A stretch of DNA of 64,000 nt from Gemmatimonadales bacterium (GTDB lineage Bacteria; Gemmatimonadota; Gemmatimonadetes; Gemmatimonadales; GWC2-71-9), in contig JBBQFH010000004.1 in NCBI GenBank assembly GCA_038321865.1, forward strand, positions 1 to 64,000, written 5' to 3'. Positions 57,037-64,000 of this stretch are shown here, piece by piece. The position numbers and the translations under genes were made by a program. The stretch's first letter is position 1, and each line of letters opens with the position of its first letter. A model generated the notes under the pieces. That model ran no database searches. It was not told the DNA's origin and saw only the letters and a list, made by a program, of their open reading frames with translations.

Positions 57037-59007
57037 ATGCACAACACCGGATACGCGGAGCGGGTCCCGCCGCGCGGCCGCGCGCTGGCGGCACTATCGC
57101 TCGGTGCGCTCGGCGTCGTGTACGGTGACATCGGCACCAGCCCGCTCTACGCGCTCCGGGAGTGCTTCAAGGGCGTCCACAGCGTTCCGCCGACGCCGGC
57201 GAACATCCTGGGCGTGCTCTCGCTCGTCTTCTGGGCGATCAACTTCGTCGTGTCGTTCAAGTACATCAGCTTCGTCATGCGGGCCGACAACCGCGGTGAG
57301 GGCGGCATCCTGGCACTGCTGGCACTGGTGCGCCCGCGCGGCGGGATCACCGGCCGCCACTGGGGCATCATCGGACTCGGGCTCTTCGGGGCGGCCCTGC
57401 TGTATGGTGACGGGATCATCACGCCTGCCGTATCGGTGCTGGGCGCGCTCGAGGGCATCAGCGTCGCCACGCCGGCGTTCGAGCGGTATGTGCCCTACAT
57501 CGCGGCCGTGATTCTCGCGGCGCTGTTCTGGGTGCAGCGCCGGGGAACCGCCGGGATCGGCCGGGTCTTCGGCCCGATCATGGTGATCTGGTTTCTCTGT
57601 ATCGCCGCGCTCGGCGTTCGCGGCATCGCGCTCAATCCATCGGTGCTCAAGGCGGCCAATCCGTGGTACGCGATGGAATTCTTCATGCATGACGGGCTCG
57701 CCGGGTTCCTCATTCTTGGCTCGGTCGTGCTTGTAATCACCGGCGCGGAGGCTTTGTACGCCGACATGGGGCACTTCGGCAAGCGGCCGATCCGGCTGGC
57801 CTGGTTCTGTTTCGCACTGCCGGCGCTGTTGCTCAACTATTTCGGCCAGTCGGCGCTGCTGCTTACCGATCCGCTGGCGGCCGACAATCCGTTCTATTCC
57901 CTGGTGCCGCCGTGGGCGCTCTATCCCATGGTCGGGATCGCCACGCTGGCGGCGATCGTCGCCTCGCAGGCCCTCATTTCGGGCGCGTTCTCGCTGACGC
58001 GCCAGGCCGTGCAACTCGGCTACAGCCCCCGGGTGACGGTGGTCCATACCTCACGCACCGAAATGGGCCAGATCTACATCCCCGAAGTGAACGGCGCGAT
58101 CGGCATCGCCTGCATCATTCTGGTGCTCACGTTCCAGCGCTCGACCAATCTCGCGGCCGCGTACGGCATCGCCGTCACCGGCACGATGATCATCACCACC
58201 ATCCTGTTTCATCGCGTCGCCCGGCGGCACTGGGGATGGGGCAGGCTCCCGGCGGGGCTCCTCACCGGCCTGTTCCTCGTGGTGGACGTCGCCTTCTTCG
58301 CTGCGAACATGGTGAAGGTGAAGGAAGGCGGATGGTTCCCGCTGGCGGTTGCCGCAGTGGTCTTCACGCTCATGACCACCTGGAAGCGCGGCCGGGACAT
58401 GCTGTCACGAACCGTGAAGGAGAACAGCCTCCCGATCGATCTCTTCCTCGCGAGCGTGGCACGGGACAAGCCGCACCGCGTGTCGGGGACGGCAGTGTTC
58501 CTGACCTCCGTGATGGACGGGGCGCCGCCGGTGCTGCTCCATCATCTCAAGCACAACAAGGTCCTGCACGAGATCGTCATCCTGCTCTCGATCGTGACCG
58601 AGGAGATCCCGCAGGTGTCCGACGCGGACCGGGTCGACTGCAAGGAGCTGGGGGAGGGGTTCTACCAGGTGATCGGCCACTACGGCTTCATGGAGTCACC
58701 CGATGTGCCTGCCATGCTGTCCGCGGCCGGGCTCGCGACGAACGCCGAGGGCCGGTCCATGATGGCGGGCAAGATCAACGTCATGCAGATGACGTTCTAT
58801 CTGGGCCGGGAGACGCTGATCGCGACGCGGCGGCCGCCCGGGATGGTGCTGGCCGCCCCGGCTGACGCGGGCGAGGGCCCACTGACGATGTCGCACTGGC
58901 GCAAGAAGATCTTCATTCTCATGACGCGCAATGCCCGCTCGGCGACCGCGTTCTTCAATCTGCCGCCGAACCGCGTCGTCGAGCTGGGCGCGCAGATCCA
59001 GATCTGA
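57037..59007 (+). CDS. kup: KUP/HAK/KT potassium transporter
   Basis: GVVYGDIGTSPLY, ADNRGEGG, GAEALYADMGHF, GQIYIP, NLAAAYGIAV. Confidence 0.97.
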   Translation: MHNTGYAERVPPRGRALAALSLGALGVVYGDIGTSPLYALRECFKGVHSVPPTPANILGVLSLVFWAINFVVSFKYISFVMRADNRGEGGILALLALVRPRGGITGRHWGIIGLGLFGAALLYGDGIITPAVSVLGALEGISVATPAFERYVPYIAAVILAALFWVQRRGTAGIGRVFGPIMVIWFLCIAALGVRGIALNPSVLKAANPWYAMEFFMHDGLAGFLILGSVVLVITGAEALYADMGHFGKRPIRLAWFCFALPALLLNYFGQSALLLTDPLAADNPFYSLVPPWALYPMVGIATLAAIVASQALISGAFSLTRQAVQLGYSPRVTVVHTSRTEMGQIYIPEVNGAIGIACIILVLTFQRSTNLAAAYGIAVTGTMIITTILFHRVARRHWGWGRLPAGLLTGLFLVVDVAFFAANMVKVKEGGWFPLAVAAVVFTLMTTWKRGRDMLSRTVKENSLPIDLFLASVARDKPHRVSGTAVFLTSVMDGAPPVLLHHLKHNKVLHEIVILLSIVTEEIPQVSDADRVDCKELGEGFYQVIGHYGFMESPDVPAMLSAAGLATNAEGRSMMAGKINVMQMTFYLGRETLIATRRPPGMVLAAPADAGEGPLTMSHWRKKIFILMTRNARSATAFFNLPPNRVVELGAQIQI

Positions 59008-59008
59008 C

Positions 59009-60964
<1,956 letters not shown>

Positions 60965-61147
60965 TGCGCCCACGGGTGAGGGGGGGTCAGGCAGCATCGT
61001 GCAGGACGTGCAGTCGAAGGTATGTCGGCGAGTGCAAAGTGTGAATTGCAGTTGTCCCGCCGCTGTCGCGGAGTGCGGTGTGGCGGGGGTCGGGGACCGA
61101 TTTGGGCTGACCGGTTAAATTGCTTTGGTTTATCGGGTTACCACGCG

Positions 61148-61162
61148 TGGCACCGGTCTCGC
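61148..61162 (+). promoter_or_regulatory. Sigma54 (-24/-12) promoter candidate
   Basis: TGGCAC-CGGTC-TCGC, GG-N10-GC spacing; one mismatch to TTGC. Confidence 0.55.
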
Positions 61163-61208
61163 CTTGTGCCATGCCGCGACCGCAAGGTTCGCAGCGGATA
61201 CCCATTCC

Positions 61209-61306
61209 GCCCGATAAGAGCACACCCGGAGCGATCCGGGGCCGCAAAACTAGAGGTCTCACGCGCGGGCACATCGGCCGGCAGTGAGATAGCTCGGTGC
61301 CGAAGG
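61209..61306 (+). ncRNA. GEMM-I (c-di-GMP-I class) riboswitch with A20/C92; candidate 3',3'-cGAMP sensor
   Basis: CGAUAAG-A-GC-ACA-CCCGGA-GCGA-UCCGGG-GCC-GC-AAA...GAGGUCUCAC...GUGAGAUAGCUC-GGUGCCGAA aligns position by position with the Vc2 and Geobacter GEMM-I aptamers. Confidence 0.85.
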
Positions 61307-61369
61307 TGGAGAGGTAGTGGAGCGGCTCTCGCGCTCCGCTCCCGGCTTATCGGGTGTTCGGAGGACGCA

Positions 61370-61684
61370 GTGAAGGCCACACACTCACCGGGGCGCGAGC
61401 TAGCTGCACCGGAAAACCTCGGACTGGAAACGCGGGTCGAGTTTCGCAAGGCGGCCATCGCGCTGCTCGATGCGCTGCCGGAGGGATCCGGCTCGCTGCT
61501 GGTGGACCTGACCCGAACTCGCACCGTGGACTCGGCGGGACTCGGCGCCCTGATGCTGGTTCAGCGCCGGGCGGCTGAGCGGCGCCAGACCGTCGTGCTC
61601 CGCAACGCGAACGAGGAGCTCCGCTTTCTCCTGGCCCTGACGCGGCTGGATGATCTCTTTCGCATCGAGTCGTCATTCGACTGA
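61370..61684 (+). CDS. STAS domain anti-sigma factor antagonist
   Basis: LLVDL...VDSAGLGAL (phospho-Ser motif), LTRLDDLF; GGAGGA RBS and GTG start. Confidence 0.92.
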   Translation: MKATHSPGRELAAPENLGLETRVEFRKAAIALLDALPEGSGSLLVDLTRTRTVDSAGLGALMLVQRRAAERRQTVVLRNANEELRFLLALTRLDDLFRIESSFD

Positions 61685-61810
61685 GCCTGCCGCCGGCGCC
61701 TTCGGCCCGGATTCGGGTAGACGCCTCATCCCCGATCGATTAACGTACTCGCCGCTGGCCTGCACCAGCCTTTCGCCGTCAATGGCGGACGCTGCGGTTT
61801 TCCGGGACCA

Positions 61811-62182
61811 ATGATGACTGAACTGAAGCCCCGTCGTCGCGTTCTCATCGTCGAGGACGAGCCGGCGCTTCGTCTGAATTACGAACGATTTTTTGCCCCC
61901 CGCTACGACCTCGTTTTCGCCGCCACCGGCGCGGAAGCGATGGCGCGGCTCGAAGAAATGACACCCGATGTGGCCGTGCTGGACATGCGGCTTCCCGACA
62001 CGGACGGTGTCGCGCTGCTCCGGCGCATTCGTACCAACCAGCCGACCCTGCCGGTGATCATCACGACGGCCTACATGAGCATCGAGCCGCAGCTGCAGTT
62101 CCTCGACCTTCCCTACTCCGACTACATCGTAAAGCCGTTCCGTCTCGACGAGCTCGGCGCACGGATCGATGCAGCCGTATGA
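61811..62182 (+). CDS. Single-domain response regulator (receiver)
   Basis: VLIVEDE, VLDMRLPDTDG, ITTAY, YIVKPF. Confidence 0.93.
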   Translation: MMTELKPRRRVLIVEDEPALRLNYERFFAPRYDLVFAATGAEAMARLEEMTPDVAVLDMRLPDTDGVALLRRIRTNQPTLPVIITTAYMSIEPQLQFLDLPYSDYIVKPFRLDELGARIDAAV

Positions 62183-62885
62183 CGCGCCGCTTTTAGCCGC
62201 TGCCGCCCTGGCCCGCTCGTACGGGCCGCTCAAGGTGCTGCGGGGAGTGGACCTGTCGCTCCACGCCGGAGAGACGCTCGTCGTGGCCGGACCGAACGGT
62301 GCGGGGAAGACGACGCTGCTCCGCCTCCTCGCCGGCCTCATGCGTCCGACCGCTGGTGAGGTCCGCGTCATGGGCCGCCGGCTCACCCGCTCCGATGCCG
62401 ATGCCCGCCGTCCGCTCGGCCTCGTCTCCCATCACTCCCTGCTCTACGACGATCTCACGCTGCTGGAGAATCTCACGTTCGCCGCCCGGCTGTACGACAT
62501 GCCGGCGCCGCGCGATGCCGCGCGCGCCGCGCTGGCCGATGTGGGCCTGGGCGATCGGGAGGCATCGGTGCCGCGCCAGCTCAGCCGCGGGATGCTGCAG
62601 CGCGCCGCGATCGCCCGCGCGCTGATTCACCAGCCTGCGGTCCTGCTGCTCGACGAGCCGTTCACCGGGCTCGACGCGCGCGCCTCGGATCGGTTCCGCG
62701 CGCTGCTCGCCGAACGAAGCGCGGGCGGGCGCGCGGTGCTCATCGTGACCCATCAGCTGGCCGAGGCGTGGGATCTGGCCACGCGCGTCGCGGTGCTGGT
62801 CGGTGGACGCTGGGCGCTGGAAGAGCCGCGTGCTGGAGACGTGGCGTCGTTTCTCCCGCAATACCACGCGCTGACCGGTGCGTAG
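62169..62885 (+). CDS. ccmA: Heme ABC exporter ATP-binding protein
   Basis: GPNGAGKTT, VSHHSLLYDDLT..ENL, LSRGM, LLDEPFTGLD; precedes ccmB and ccmC. Confidence 0.9.
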   Translation: MQPYDAPLLAAAALARSYGPLKVLRGVDLSLHAGETLVVAGPNGAGKTTLLRLLAGLMRPTAGEVRVMGRRLTRSDADARRPLGLVSHHSLLYDDLTLLENLTFAARLYDMPAPRDAARAALADVGLGDREASVPRQLSRGMLQRAAIARALIHQPAVLLLDEPFTGLDARASDRFRALLAERSAGGRAVLIVTHQLAEAWDLATRVAVLVGGRWALEEPRAGDVASFLPQYHALTGA

Positions 62886-63558
62886 CGCGCTCCGCCTCGC
62901 GCTCGTGGTTGCCGGCAAGGACATCCGCGCCGAGCTGCGGAGCCGCACGGCCATTCTGTCGGCGCTGGTCTTCGCCGCGCTGGTCCTGGTGGTGTTCAAC
63001 TTCGCCCGCGACCCCACCGCCCTCTCGGCCGCCGACCTCGCGCCGAGCGCGTTGTGGGTCACCTTCGCGTTCGGCGCGATCGTGGCGTTGAACCGCGCGT
63101 TCGCGATGGAGCGCGAGCATGCCGCGCTGGACGGCCTGCTGCTCGCGCCCCTGCCGCGGGAGTCGCTCTATCTCGGGAAGCTGCTCGCCAATCTGGCCTT
63201 CGTCGGCGTGGTGGAGGCGGTGACGCTTCCGCTGTTCGTGCTCTTCTTCGACGTGGATCTGGGCCACGCGCTGGGGGGGCTGATCGCCGTCATCGTCCTC
63301 GCCACGGTCGGCTTCGTCGCCGTCGGTACGGTGTTCAGCGCGATGGCGGTCCGGACGCGGTTCGCCGAGCTCCTCCTGCCGGTGCTGCTGCTGCCGTTCA
63401 TGGTCCCGCCGCTCATCGGGGCGGCGGCGCTGACGGCGCGCCTGCTGGCGGGACGGCCTTTCAGCGAAATGGCCGGCCTGCTAAGGTTACTTGCCGTCTA
63501 CGATATCGTCTTCGTGACGCTCTGCACCCTCCTCTTTCCAGCGGTGGTGGACGAATGA
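62878..63558 (+). CDS. ccmB: Heme exporter protein B
   Basis: KDIRAELRS, F..ERE..ALDGLLLAP, YLGK, LLLPVLLLP. Confidence 0.93.
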   Translation: MRSALRLALVVAGKDIRAELRSRTAILSALVFAALVLVVFNFARDPTALSAADLAPSALWVTFAFGAIVALNRAFAMEREHAALDGLLLAPLPRESLYLGKLLANLAFVGVVEAVTLPLFVLFFDVDLGHALGGLIAVIVLATVGFVAVGTVFSAMAVRTRFAELLLPVLLLPFMVPPLIGAAALTARLLAGRPFSEMAGLLRLLAVYDIVFVTLCTLLFPAVVDE

Positions 63559-64000
63559 CAGCCTCGCTCGCCGCGGCTCGAGCCACCATGCGCCGGGGGC
63601 GCGCCATCACCCTGGTCGCGCTGCTGGGACTCGCCGGCGTCTTCCTGCTGGCGCTACGCTACGCGCCGGTCGAGATCCACCAGGGGCTGGCCCAGAAGAT
63701 CTTTTACGTGCACGTGCCGGCGGCGTGGACGGCCCTGCTCGTCTTCTCGATCGTCGGGATCGTCAGCATCCTGTATCTCTGGCTGCAGGATCCGCGGCTC
63801 GACCAGTTCGCGGAGTCCTCGGCCGAGGTGGGGCTGGTCTTCAGCAGCATCATGCTGACGACCGGACCGATCTGGGCCAAGCCGATCTGGGGCACGTGGT
63901 GGACCTGGGATGCCCGGCTGACCCTGACGCTGTTCCTCTTCTTTCTCTACGTCGGCTATCTCGCGCTTCGCGCGGCCATCCATGATCCAGCCGAGCGCGG
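63555..64000 (+). CDS. ccmC: Heme exporter protein C (partial; runs off the right edge)
   Basis: Manual translation: QKIFYVHVPAAW and TGPIWAKPIWGTWWTWDARLT (WWD motif); ATGA overlap with ccmB. Confidence 0.93.
   Translation, partial: MTASLAAARATMRRGRAITLVALLGLAGVFLLALRYAPVEIHQGLAQKIFYVHVPAAWTALLVFSIVGIVSILYLWLQDPRLDQFAESSAEVGLVFSSIMLTTGPIWAKPIWGTWWTWDARLTLTLFLFFLYVGYLALRAAIHDPAER

Overview
High-GC (about 70%) bacterial chromosome segment. Gene content and style suggest Gemmatimonadota (inference). It holds about 70 densely packed housekeeping and accessory genes, and I saw no rRNA, tRNA, CRISPR array or mobile element. Main loci: an ECF transporter; an OPT transporter with an M42 peptidase; dacB; metH plus a bifunctional homocysteine methyltransferase/MTHFR; an acyl-ACP desaturase; mgtE; a fused TupA-TupB tungstate transporter with TupC; pruA; a complete pqqABCDE operon, whose 24-aa pqqA is missing from the ORF track; a TetR-TolC-EmrAB efflux operon; an M16 protease; an RNB nuclease; DsbA-VKOR; kup; acs; and STAS-receiver-ccmABC at the right edge. 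The most interesting signals are non-coding or active-site level. (1) A GEMM-I riboswitch carries the A20/C92 signature of 3',3'-cGAMP-sensing variants. It lies behind a sigma54-type promoter, has an anti-aptamer helix next to the RBS of a STAS gene, and is upstream of a receiver protein and ccmABC. (2) A SAM-II riboswitch is wired to a terminator/antiterminator ahead of metH. (3) The ECF ATPase pair has all its degenerate motifs in one composite site. (4) An AdoMetDC-fold protein lacks the pyruvoyl serine. (5) A structured, 6S-like intergenic RNA is present. All family assignments come from motif recognition by eye; no database searches were run.
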